32,000 nt of DNA from the NCBI GenBank assembly GCA_965228485.1, contig OZ245819.1:210001-242000 (forward strand). Direction: 5' to 3'. A program made the position numbers and the translations under genes. This stretch comes from Candidatus Saccharimonadota bacterium. Lineage in GTDB: Bacteria; Patescibacteriota; Gracilibacteria; UBA4473. This document shows positions 24,040-32,000 of this stretch, one piece after another. Position 1 is the first letter of the stretch, and every line of letters begins with the position of its first letter. The notes under the pieces are model-generated. The model saw only the letters and a list, made by a program, of their open reading frames with translations, had not been told where the DNA came from and made no database searches.

Positions 24040-26082
24040 TTAAAGTTTTCCTATTTCACTTTGGATTTTTTCAATAAATTGCTTGGGCGTGTAAGTCTCA
24101 GAGCTTGGACCTTGCCAGTTAATAGAAAAGGCTCCAGCTAAAGCACATAAGGCATAGCCAGATTCTTTGTATCGAGCGAGATATTTTACCCCAGAAGCCG
24201 CCTTTCCTCCCGTGAGGCTGGCACTTCCAACTCCATCGAGCCATCGAAAACGAAAACCTCCTGTTTGAGCTTCTTTTGGAACATTGGGATCAGAACTATT
24301 AAAGGCTGCATACTTTGTATAAAGACCAGTTTCCTTTAGCCATTTTACTCGGTTTCTGACTCCATCTGGACTCCCCCAAAACTTACTGTCATCGACCGGA
24401 ATTCCTAACTTTGTACATTCTTCCATTACCTTTTTCGCGTGCTCAATACACCCATTATAAAAGTTTAATTTTTGTTGTTTTTCAGAAGACATATCTAGGT
24501 TTTTGTCCGCAGCGGTTATCTTTTCTTTTTTATCGTCTTCATCTTCTGTTTCATTTCCTTCAAGGTTTTTTATTGATTTTTCATGAGCATAAGCTTTTAC
24601 GGCATCTAGGGCGTAGAGTTGATTTATCGCATTACGAGCCGCACCAAAATTGGATTGGTTTTTAAAGTAGTTAATCTCGTTTACAACTCGGGCAATTTCA
24701 GCGTCTAAAGCTTTTGGGTCTTCGTAGTCGATTAATAGACTTGTATCATCGGATATTTTGGCTAGTTGTGTTTGATATTTAGTTTTCTCTTTTTTGTCGG
24801 TAGTGCTTTTTATTCTTAGCTCTAACCTTTTTACTTCAGTAATTTGAGTCAGGATACTTGTTTTTAGACTAGTGAGTCTTAATGCTTGTAGAGTATTGAG
24901 CCCAAATTTTTTTTCGAGCATTTCCAATTGATTTGCTGCCCCTCGAATATTTTTGGCAATAAGAAGTTTTCGAGCATGAGTAGCTATGTTTAGAGCTTCA
25001 GTTTGTCTCTGATCTTTGCCAAATTGTGCTTCTAAAAGGATATTTAAGACTTCTGCTGGTCGTTTTGAATTGGCATTCCTGAGTTTTTGTGACCATTCAT
25101 TAACTTCTTTGGGGGTAAAGAAATTTTGGAGTGTTTCTTTTAAATCTTTTTCAGCTGCAGTTTTTAAAGTTTCTGGGAATTTTTTAATCTGATTCAATGT
25201 GAATTTTGTGAGAAAGTCTTCTTCAGTTTGAAAGTTAAAGCCCCGAGTAAAATTCGGGAAAAACATTGGTTGCATTTTTGGAAGTAGACGCCAAAATTTA
25301 GGATCAAATACCTGGCTATAATGCTCATTAAATTCTTTAAGATTTTGAGGTGTCTGTTTATGGATAAGTTCTTCAAAATTTCTGGACCAATCCTTTAGAC
25401 TGATTTTTTGAGAAAGCCATTCTTCAAGTCGAATTGATAATATTTGAGACATTGTATCTCTGATAGACGGCCCGCTTTCGGATTTCAGTCGAAAGTATTT
25501 TTCTTTTCCTATTCTCTTTTCCAGTTCTGCCTGCATATCTAGAACCCGTGCGAGATGGCGAAAAGTTGTTTCAATAGATCGGTGAAAATTTTCCATTAAA
25601 TCTGGATTTAATAAATCTCCACTGGTTTCTTTTTCAAATCGTTTCATAAAACGATCCCAAATTTTTTGCTCTAATCCTGCAGGGAGATTTCTAATTCGTT
25701 GAACACTTGATTTTACCAATTCTTGATTCCTTTTTAATTTCTTCAGAGTTGTGAGAGCTGCATTCAAACGTTCTCTTTTGATTTCTCGACTTTCACTGCC
25801 ATTTAGAAGTTTATTAAGCCTATTTAAGATTTCTCCTTTTTTAGTCTGTGGAGCTAGCTCGATAATTTCAACTCTAAGTTTGGCGGCATCTAAATAAAAA
25901 GATAGCTTTTTTCTTTTTTCTTCTATATCCAAATCCAGTCGCCTAGTTTCTAGTGAAAACCATTCACGATCTTTTGGAGTTAAGTAGTGAAAATTAGCAT
26001 GACCTTTCCACCAGGATTCTAACTCACTAATCTGAGTGGAACCTTGAAAGCTTTCTATATTATAAGCCGATGACTCTGCCAT
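24040..26082 (-). CDS. Orphan 680-aa cytoplasmic protein, mostly helical/coiled-coil, with a distinct roughly 150-aa C-terminal globular region
   Basis: This is a 2-kb uninterrupted frame with no signal peptide and no Walker A or other nucleotide-binding motif that I can see. The C-terminal region (CIEHAKKVMEEC...GGFRFRWLDGVGSASLTGGKAASG...INWQGPS) differs in composition from the helical body. Confidence 0.8.
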   Translation of the reverse strand: MAESSAYNIESFQGSTQISELESWWKGHANFHYLTPKDREWFSLETRRLDLDIEEKRKKLSFYLDAAKLRVEIIELAPQTKKGEILNRLNKLLNGSESREIKRERLNAALTTLKKLKRNQELVKSSVQRIRNLPAGLEQKIWDRFMKRFEKETSGDLLNPDLMENFHRSIETTFRHLARVLDMQAELEKRIGKEKYFRLKSESGPSIRDTMSQILSIRLEEWLSQKISLKDWSRNFEELIHKQTPQNLKEFNEHYSQVFDPKFWRLLPKMQPMFFPNFTRGFNFQTEEDFLTKFTLNQIKKFPETLKTAAEKDLKETLQNFFTPKEVNEWSQKLRNANSKRPAEVLNILLEAQFGKDQRQTEALNIATHARKLLIAKNIRGAANQLEMLEKKFGLNTLQALRLTSLKTSILTQITEVKRLELRIKSTTDKKEKTKYQTQLAKISDDTSLLIDYEDPKALDAEIARVVNEINYFKNQSNFGAARNAINQLYALDAVKAYAHEKSIKNLEGNETEDEDDKKEKITAADKNLDMSSEKQQKLNFYNGCIEHAKKVMEECTKLGIPVDDSKFWGSPDGVRNRVKWLKETGLYTKYAAFNSSDPNVPKEAQTGGFRFRWLDGVGSASLTGGKAASGVKYLARYKESGYALCALAGAFSINWQGPSSETYTPKQFIEKIQSEIGKL

Positions 26083-26097
26083 GATCTAAATTTATGA

Positions 26098-26126
26098 ATT
26101 ATATAAAAAAAGACAAGTCTTGGAAA
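26098..26126 (-). promoter_or_regulatory. Candidate promoter for the 680-aa ORF (TTTCCA, 17 nt spacer, TATAAT) embedded in the groEL terminator
   Basis: On the minus strand, TATAAT is 26103-26098, 15 nt upstream of the ATG at 26082. TTTCCA is 26126-26121, which is the terminator loop. The spacer is 17 nt. Confidence 0.3.
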
Positions 26127-26140
26127 ACTTGTCTTTTTTA
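26105..26140 (-). terminator. Rho-independent terminator downstream of groEL (symmetrical, A-run/stem/T-run)
   Basis: AGACAAGT (26111-26118) and ACTTGTCT (26127-26134) form a perfect 8-bp stem with an 8-nt loop. It is flanked by A6 (26105-26110) and T5 (26135-26139). On the minus strand the stem is followed by T6. Confidence 0.75.
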
Positions 26141-26160
26141 CTGTTAAATTAATCAATTGA

Positions 26161-27807
<1,647 letters not shown>

Positions 27808-27826
27808 TTATTTAATGATTAAAAAA

Positions 27827-28117
27827 TTATTTCTCTACTGCAAGCAGAGAATCAAAACCAAGGATATAAAGGTCTTGTCCATCAATCTTGATTTCAGTTG
27901 GAGCATATTTAGTAAAAATTACGGTATCTCCTGTAGAAACTGGACATTCAATCTTTTGTCCATCTTTAATTTTTCCTGGACCAACAGCGATAACTTCTCC
28001 TCTCATTGGTTTTTCTTTAGACACTGTATCAGGAATAACAATCCCAGAGGCGGTGGTTGTTTCTCCTTCTAGTGGTTTAACAATTACATTGTCTTGTAAG
28101 GGTTGTAACTGAGCCAT
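27827..28117 (-). CDS. groS: Co-chaperonin GroES (10 kDa)
   Basis: I chose the start at Met25 of the track ORF (cat at 28115-28117). MAQLQPLQDNVIVKPLEGETTTASGIVIPD is the canonical GroES N-terminus with the mobile loop. The longer ORF would run through the CIRCE operator. Confidence 0.95.
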   Translation of the reverse strand: MAQLQPLQDNVIVKPLEGETTTASGIVIPDTVSKEKPMRGEVIAVGPGKIKDGQKIECPVSTGDTVIFTKYAPTEIKIDGQDLYILGFDSLLAVEK

Positions 28118-28146
28118 TTTTTGTTTATTAAAAAAATACACCCTAA

Positions 28147-28176
28147 ACTTTAGCACTCGAAGTAGGGGAGTGTCAA
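28147..28176 (-). promoter_or_regulatory. Candidate groES promoter (TTGACA, 18 nt spacer, TAAAGT) overlapping CIRCE-1
   Basis: On the minus strand, TTGACA is 28176-28171, which is the imperfect arm of CIRCE-1. TAAAGT is 28152-28147. A start site would be expected about 20-25 nt upstream of the ATG at 28117. Confidence 0.35.
28150..28176. promoter_or_regulatory. CIRCE operator 1 (HrcA binding site), groES-proximal
   Basis: The element reads TTAGCACTC-gaagtaggg-GAGTGTCAA. The consensus is TTAGCACTC-N9-GAGTGCTAA. The left arm is perfect, the right arm has 2 mismatches, and the spacer is exactly 9 nt. Confidence 0.85.
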
Positions 28177-28182
28177 ACCTTT

Positions 28183-28209
28183 TTAGCACTCAAGAAAAGA
28201 GAGTGTTAA
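28183..28209. promoter_or_regulatory. CIRCE operator 2 (HrcA binding site), groES-distal
   Basis: The element reads TTAGCACTC-aagaaaaga-GAGTGTTAA. The left arm is perfect, the right arm has 1 mismatch, and the spacer is exactly 9 nt. It starts 33 bp after CIRCE-1 starts. Confidence 0.85.
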
Positions 28210-28221
28210 ATATAAAAAAGT

Positions 28222-28250
28222 TTATATTTTTTTGTGTTAGTACTTATAAT
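28222..28250 (+). promoter_or_regulatory. Candidate trpS promoter (TTATAT, 17 nt spacer, TATAAT)
   Basis: TATAAT lies at 28245-28250, 21 nt upstream of the ATG at 28272. The -35-like hexamer is weak and AT-rich. The predicted short leader contains AAGGAA. Confidence 0.35.
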
Positions 28251-28271
28251 TTAGGCACTTAAGGAATATTT

Positions 28272-29255
28272 ATGCCTAGAATTTTAACCGGAATGCAATC
28301 GAGCGGGAATTCTCACCTTGGGAATTACTTTGGTATGATGAAACAGGCCAAGGAACTTCAAAATCAAGAAGGGAACGAGTGTTTTTATTTTGTAGCGGAT
28401 TTACACAGTTTTACCTCTAAGCAGGATCCAGTTATTTTTGCTCAAAATCAGAAAAATGGAGTATTAGATTGGCTAGCACTGGTTATTGATTCTGAAAAAT
28501 CGATCTTTTATAGACAGTCAGACATTCGAGCTCATACAGAGCTTTTATGGTATCTGTCTTGCCTTACCCCATTTGGATTGATGGAGCGAGCCCATTCTTA
28601 TAAAGATAAAGTAGCAAAAGGATTAGAAGCCAATGTTGGCTTATTTACTTACCCAATCCTGATGGCGGCTGATATCATTCTTTATGATGCAGAGGTGGTT
28701 CCTGTTGGGAAAGACCAAAAACAGCATGTAGAAATGGCTAGAGACTTGGCTCAGAAGTTTAATCATCATTTTGGTGATACTTTTGTGTTACCTGAGGCAC
28801 GAATAAAAGAAGAAGTGCAAACTATCCCAGGGCTCGATGGTGCCAAAATGTCTAAAAGTTATGGAAATACGATTGAGATATTTGCTGATGAAAAAACGCT
28901 TAAAAAGAAGATTATGTCTATTAAAACTGATTCTGTAGAATTGGGAGATCCTATAGATCCTGAAAATTGTAATGTAATGGCTTATCATCGTTTATTTGGA
29001 AACCCAAATACTGAAATATTAGAAAAAGCTTATAGAGAGGGGAGTGTTGGTTTTGGGGAAAGTAAAAAACAACTTTTTGAATTTGTTTGGGAATATTTTG
29101 CTGATGCTAGAGTTAAAAGAGAGAAATTAGCCAATGACCCAGCCGAAGTTGAAAGAATCCTTAAATCGGGAGCACATAGAGCTAGTGAAATAGCAGAAGC
29201 TAAGTTATCACTAGTTCGAAAGCGCTTTGGATTGAGTAAAACTCATCTTATCTAG
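28272..29255 (+). CDS. trpS: Tryptophan--tRNA ligase
   Basis: It is a class I synthetase of TrpRS size (327 aa). It has TGMQSSGNSHLGNYFG (HIGH-type region), the KMSKS loop GAKMSKSYGNTI and VPVGKDQKQHVEMARD. Confidence 0.95.
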   Translation: MPRILTGMQSSGNSHLGNYFGMMKQAKELQNQEGNECFYFVADLHSFTSKQDPVIFAQNQKNGVLDWLALVIDSEKSIFYRQSDIRAHTELLWYLSCLTPFGLMERAHSYKDKVAKGLEANVGLFTYPILMAADIILYDAEVVPVGKDQKQHVEMARDLAQKFNHHFGDTFVLPEARIKEEVQTIPGLDGAKMSKSYGNTIEIFADEKTLKKKIMSIKTDSVELGDPIDPENCNVMAYHRLFGNPNTEILEKAYREGSVGFGESKKQLFEFVWEYFADARVKREKLANDPAEVERILKSGAHRASEIAEAKLSLVRKRFGLSKTHLI

Positions 29256-29375
29256 CTACTCTATTTAACCTATACCTCATTGTTTTTCGGGGTTTGACAA
29301 CCCAAGTTGTTTGCCGACTATGGTTTTTTTAGGTAAAATCGCCAGATTTATTTACAAAAATCAAAACAAACAAGA

Positions 29376-30182
29376 ATGTCAAACGACTCTAATTTCAACT
29401 TTGAAAACCTAGAAAAAAGACGTCCCCTGTGGAAGGATATAGCTTATTTTTTGGGTATTACTCTTATTATTTGGGGGGGGAGTCATACATTCTTAAACCG
29501 AGATGCTTTTGGTCAGATTGCAGAATTTAAATATGAACAATTAAAAGCTTCTGTGATTACTAATTGGGAAGAGATGCAGCCTAAGGAAGAAGCTTTGGCT
29601 AAAGTAGAACCGACAAAAACACAAGAAGTAAAATTAAAAAAGGTTAACCATAAAAAGAAATCTATTTTTAGAAAAAAAGAATTAACTCCTAGAAACCAAG
29701 CGAAGCAAGTATTTGAGGATATGAAGGTTTATCCTTCTGATAATCGTTTATATATTCCAAGAATCAATAAAAATGTACCGCTTGTAAGTGTTCCAAGTCA
29801 TCAAAACTGGAATCAGCTAGAAAAAAATATTCAAAAAGGATTACAAGAGGGCGTTGTAGTTCATCCAATTTCTCATGCTCCAGGGAATTTTGGAAATCTA
29901 TTTCTAACAGGACATTCCTCTTACTATCAATGGGATCCAGGACGATTTAAAGACGTGTTTGCTTTGCTGCATGAGGTAAAAGTAGGGGATAATATTGAGG
30001 TGTATTGGGAAGGAAAGAAGTATATTTATCGAATAAAACACTCTGAAGTTGTGAAACCAACACAGGTAGAAGTTCTAAATCAGCCAAAAGATAGGTTTTT
30101 GATTACACTAATGACCTGTACGCCAGTGGGGACAAACAAAAATAGACTTATTCTTACTGGAGAACTTCGTCGACAGGAATAG
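29376..30182 (+). CDS. Sortase-family transpeptidase (membrane-anchored)
   Basis: The N-terminal TM segment is IAYFLGITLIIWGGSHTFL. The catalytic His lies in LFLTGHSSYY, the TLxTC motif is ITLMTCTP, and a downstream Arg lies in NKNRLILTGEL. I cannot assign a sortase class. Confidence 0.85.
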   Translation: MSNDSNFNFENLEKRRPLWKDIAYFLGITLIIWGGSHTFLNRDAFGQIAEFKYEQLKASVITNWEEMQPKEEALAKVEPTKTQEVKLKKVNHKKKSIFRKKELTPRNQAKQVFEDMKVYPSDNRLYIPRINKNVPLVSVPSHQNWNQLEKNIQKGLQEGVVVHPISHAPGNFGNLFLTGHSSYYQWDPGRFKDVFALLHEVKVGDNIEVYWEGKKYIYRIKHSEVVKPTQVEVLNQPKDRFLITLMTCTPVGTNKNRLILTGELRRQE

Positions 30183-30294
30183 TTATATCAAATAATCTTT
30201 CAATCCAATAGAGTGTAAACTCAAAGTTTGTCACAACAAATATTGTGGGAATAGTGAGAAAATAATAAGTGGTAACCTTTTTTTCTTAAGCCAT

Positions 30295-30819
30295 TTATTG
30301 AGTGGCAATCAAAGCGTTCTTAGGGCTGACAAATTTTTGCCAACATCGAACAACTCCTTCATCATATAAGAATCCTGAAAGCCACTCGTGGTCATTGGTC
30401 TCAACATAGTAAAAATCACCAGCAATAAAGATTTTTTGCGCCTCTATAGACACGAAATCCTCTGATTCAGAGTCTTTCAAAAAGGAGACTTCATAATTAG
30501 CCGTTTCTACAAATGTAAAATTAGTGTGTCCTAGTGCTTCTTGTATTTCATTTTTAAGACTCTCATCAATCGATTCATCTTCAACTTCTCCAGCCATTAA
30601 ATTTAGATGTTTCTGTGCCAGGTGCTTTGCAGCTTCCATGTTGTCGACAATAAAAGGACCTGCGACTCTTTCCCACAGAGGATTTCCTTCATCATCTTTA
30701 AGGTCTTCATTCCAATAATAAACAATCGATTCAAAGCGAGCTGGAGTTTCTTCTGTTTCAAATATTGCAGCCTTGTAATTAAGACTATTAGACATAATCT
30801 CTTCTAGTGGTTTACTCAT
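30295..30819 (-). CDS. Orphan acidic cytoplasmic protein (start uncertain: 30855, 30831, 30819 or 30795)
   Basis: The ORF is uninterrupted. I prefer the start at 30819 because it ends the 32-nt overlap with the upstream SemiSWEET gene. I recognise no motif. Confidence 0.6.
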   Translation of the reverse strand: MSKPLEEIMSNSLNYKAAIFETEETPARFESIVYYWNEDLKDDEGNPLWERVAGPFIVDNMEAAKHLAQKHLNLMAGEVEDESIDESLKNEIQEALGHTNFTFVETANYEVSFLKDSESEDFVSIEAQKIFIAGDFYYVETNDHEWLSGFLYDEGVVRCWQKFVSPKNALIATQ

Positions 30820-30823
30820 TGCG

Positions 30824-31213
30824 CTAACCATACAAAAATATTCCAGCCACGACAAATGATTGGACTAAAATACAAAAGGTATAGATAAAGACAATTGGTT
30901 TTTCTTCGTGTAAAACCCCATAGATAAACCAAAAACAAGATATAAATAAGTAGGCACTAAAAGTATAAACCGAAACTCCACCAGCTTCTTTTTCTACCCA
31001 TATATTCCAAAGCTGAGGTAGTGTTGCTATTGGTCCCAAAACCCCAACATAATAAATACATCTATCAATAAATTGTTTTATATTATCAGGATGAGGGTAA
31101 TCTTCTAGATAGTGATGAACTCTCTTTCGTACATGGAAATGATGCATGGCATCACTGTGTTGATTCTTTTTTATCTTTTTCTTTTTACGGAATATTTTTT
31201 TCAAAAATGCCAT
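30824..31213 (-). CDS. SemiSWEET / PQ-loop (MtN3-like) 3-TM transporter with a Lys/His-rich N-terminal extension
   Basis: TM1 carries a PQ motif (VGVLGPIATLPQLWNIW) and is followed by the loop EKEAGGVS. TM2 is FSAYLFISCFWFIYGVL and TM3 is PIVFIYTFCILVQSFVVAGIFLYG. Block order matches bacterial SemiSWEETs (..LPQ....K...g.S....w..YG....P). Confidence 0.75.
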   Translation of the reverse strand: MAFLKKIFRKKKKIKKNQHSDAMHHFHVRKRVHHYLEDYPHPDNIKQFIDRCIYYVGVLGPIATLPQLWNIWVEKEAGGVSVYTFSAYLFISCFWFIYGVLHEEKPIVFIYTFCILVQSFVVAGIFLYG

Positions 31214-31259
31214 TCTTTATTACTAATAAGCTTCTTAAATAAATATAACATAAAAAGTT

Positions 31260-31287
31260 TTGCAGGCTCTAAAAAAATGGCTATATT
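31260..31287 (+). promoter_or_regulatory. Candidate promoter for tRNA-Val (TTGCAG, 16 nt spacer, TATATT)
   Basis: TTGCAG is 31260-31265 and TATATT is 31282-31287. The mature tRNA 5' end lies 18 nt downstream, which leaves a short leader for RNase P. Confidence 0.5.
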
Positions 31288-31304
31288 CTCCCAGCATTTA
31301 TTGC

Positions 31305-31381
31305 GAGCGCGTAGCTCAGTTGGCTAGAGCATCTGGTTTACACCCAGGAGGTCGCGGGTTCGAATCCCTCCGCGCTCACCA
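31305..31381 (+). tRNA. tRNA-Val, anticodon UAC, 3' CCA encoded
   Basis: I folded it by hand. The acceptor stem is GAGCGCG/CGCGCTC, the D-arm is GCTC-AGTTGGCTA-GAGC, and the anticodon stem is TCTGG/CCAGG with loop TT-TAC-AC. The T-arm is GCGGG-TTCGAAT-CCCTC, with one C:U mismatch in the stem. The discriminator is A, followed by CCA. Confidence 0.9.
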
Positions 31382-31382
31382 G

Positions 31383-31423
31383 AAAAACTCTTTAGATCTT
31401 GCTGGTCTGAAGAGTTTTTCTTT
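31383..31423 (+). terminator. Hairpin terminator after tRNA-Val
   Basis: AAAAACTCTT (31383-31392) pairs perfectly with AAGAGTTTTT (31410-31419). An inner AGATC/GGTCT helix extends the stem. The T-rich 3' side continues as TTTTTCTTT. Confidence 0.6.
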
Positions 31424-31440
31424 AGTATTATTTTATTTGT

Positions 31441-32000
31441 ATGGAAGGAATCAAATGGCTTGAGAGTTTATACACCGAAAGGGCTTTCTTTCGTGACAAA
31501 CAAGTCCCTGATATCAAACCCTTTAAAGCATTGTTAGAAGCTCTCAGAAATCCTGATAAACAATTCGAATTAAGAGTTATTATTGGAGGAAGTGCGGGCA
31601 AGGGGACTGTTTGTCGCTATATAGAGCAAGTACTACTTTCGAAGGGCAAGAAAGTAACATTGATTACCTCGCCTCATGTTCAAGTAATTAATGAACGGAT
31701 TAGAATTAATGGCTGCTTAATTTCTGATAAAAGCTTAAACGAAACCTTATTGATCATAAAAAAAGCTTCTGATGAAATAGGTATTGTTCCGACACTTTAT
31801 GAAGCTATGGTTTTAGTTGGACTGGTAAAAGGTTCTAAGGTTAGTGATGTTTTAGTTGGAGAGATTGGCTTGGGCGGGGAGTGGGATGCCCTAAACTGTG
31901 TTAAGGGAAAAAGAATTTCGGGGCTCACATTTATCGGCTCTGATCATCTCGATATCCTTGGTCCAAAATTAGAAGATATAGCCAAAACCAAGGCTGGTAT
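31441..32000 (+). CDS. folC: Folylpolyglutamate synthase/dihydrofolate synthase family (Mur-ligase fold), 3' end cut by the window edge
   Basis: This ORF is not in the supplied track, so I translated it by hand from the ATG at 31441. The translation reads MEGIKWLESLYTERAFF...RVIIGGSAGKGTVCRYIEQVLLSKGKKVTLITSPHVQVINERIRINGCLI...VGEIGLGGEWDALNCV...FIGSDHLDILGPKLEDIAKTKAG. It matches the FolC blocks GTNGKGS (here GGSAGKGT), SPHL..fnERi.inG, E.GlGGrlDa.N and DH...LG.tl..IA.eKaGI. Confidence 0.85.
   Translation, partial: MEGIKWLESLYTERAFFRDKQVPDIKPFKALLEALRNPDKQFELRVIIGGSAGKGTVCRYIEQVLLSKGKKVTLITSPHVQVINERIRINGCLISDKSLNETLLIIKKASDEIGIVPTLYEAMVLVGLVKGSKVSDVLVGEIGLGGEWDALNCVKGKRISGLTFIGSDHLDILGPKLEDIAKTKAG

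Noticed and set aside
28118-28189. A 24-codon N-terminal extension of the groES ORF.
   Set aside because: It would be translated through CIRCE-1 and part of CIRCE-2. The conserved GroES N-terminus (MAQLQPLQDNVIVKP) starts at 28117.
28251-28260. TTAGGCACTT as a third CIRCE half-site next to trpS.
   Set aside because: It has an inserted base relative to TTAGCACTC. There is no matching inverted arm 9 nt away.
28210-28271. A T-box or other leader riboswitch upstream of trpS.
   Set aside because: Only about 60 nt are available between CIRCE-2 and the ATG. That is far too short for a T-box leader, and I see no specifier/terminator architecture.
30183-30294. Small hairpins (AAACT-caa-AGTTT and CACAA-caaata-TTGTG) in the convergent spacer between the sortase and ORF 30295-30819, as bidirectional terminators.
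   Set aside because: The stems are only 5 bp and AT-rich, and neither is followed by a proper T-tract on either strand.
31112-31463. ORFs 31112-31327 and 31260-31463 from the track.
   Set aside because: They overlap the SemiSWEET gene antisense or run straight through the tRNA-Val gene and its terminator. I see no coding signal.

Overview
This is an AT-rich (about mid-30s % GC by eye), very tightly packed bacterial chromosome segment. It uses the standard genetic code: TAA, TAG and TGA all terminate conserved genes. Most of the window is housekeeping. It holds secA, a PlsC-like acyltransferase, trhO, two tandem pilT ATPases, dnaE, a sugar-phosphate nucleotidyltransferase and a pilin-like gene. 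It also holds a short hrcA, priA, groES-groEL behind two tandem CIRCE operators, trpS, a sortase, an orphan gene, a SemiSWEET transporter, tRNA-Val(UAC) and the 5' part of folC. Genes abut or overlap, including three convergent pairs with almost no spacer, and start codons almost never have a Shine-Dalgarno motif. The compaction, pilT/sortase content and orphan secreted proteins would fit a small-genome uncultivated lineage, but I cannot assign taxonomy from the sequence alone. Two regions are not housekeeping. (1) Positions 2-8336 carry five translationally coupled ORFs plus one convergent ORF. Most have signal-peptide-like N-termini, and all are charged orphan proteins. Two share a roughly 195-aa domain, and one ends in a chymotrypsin-fold-like domain with His/Asp/Thr at protease-like spacing. 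This is my best candidate for an undescribed surface or secreted system. (2) Positions 23305-26082 carry a two-gene orphan cassette downstream of groEL. Its small, very AT-rich gene has an RNxxxH (HEPN-like) motif. I found no CRISPR array, transposase, integrase or rRNA.
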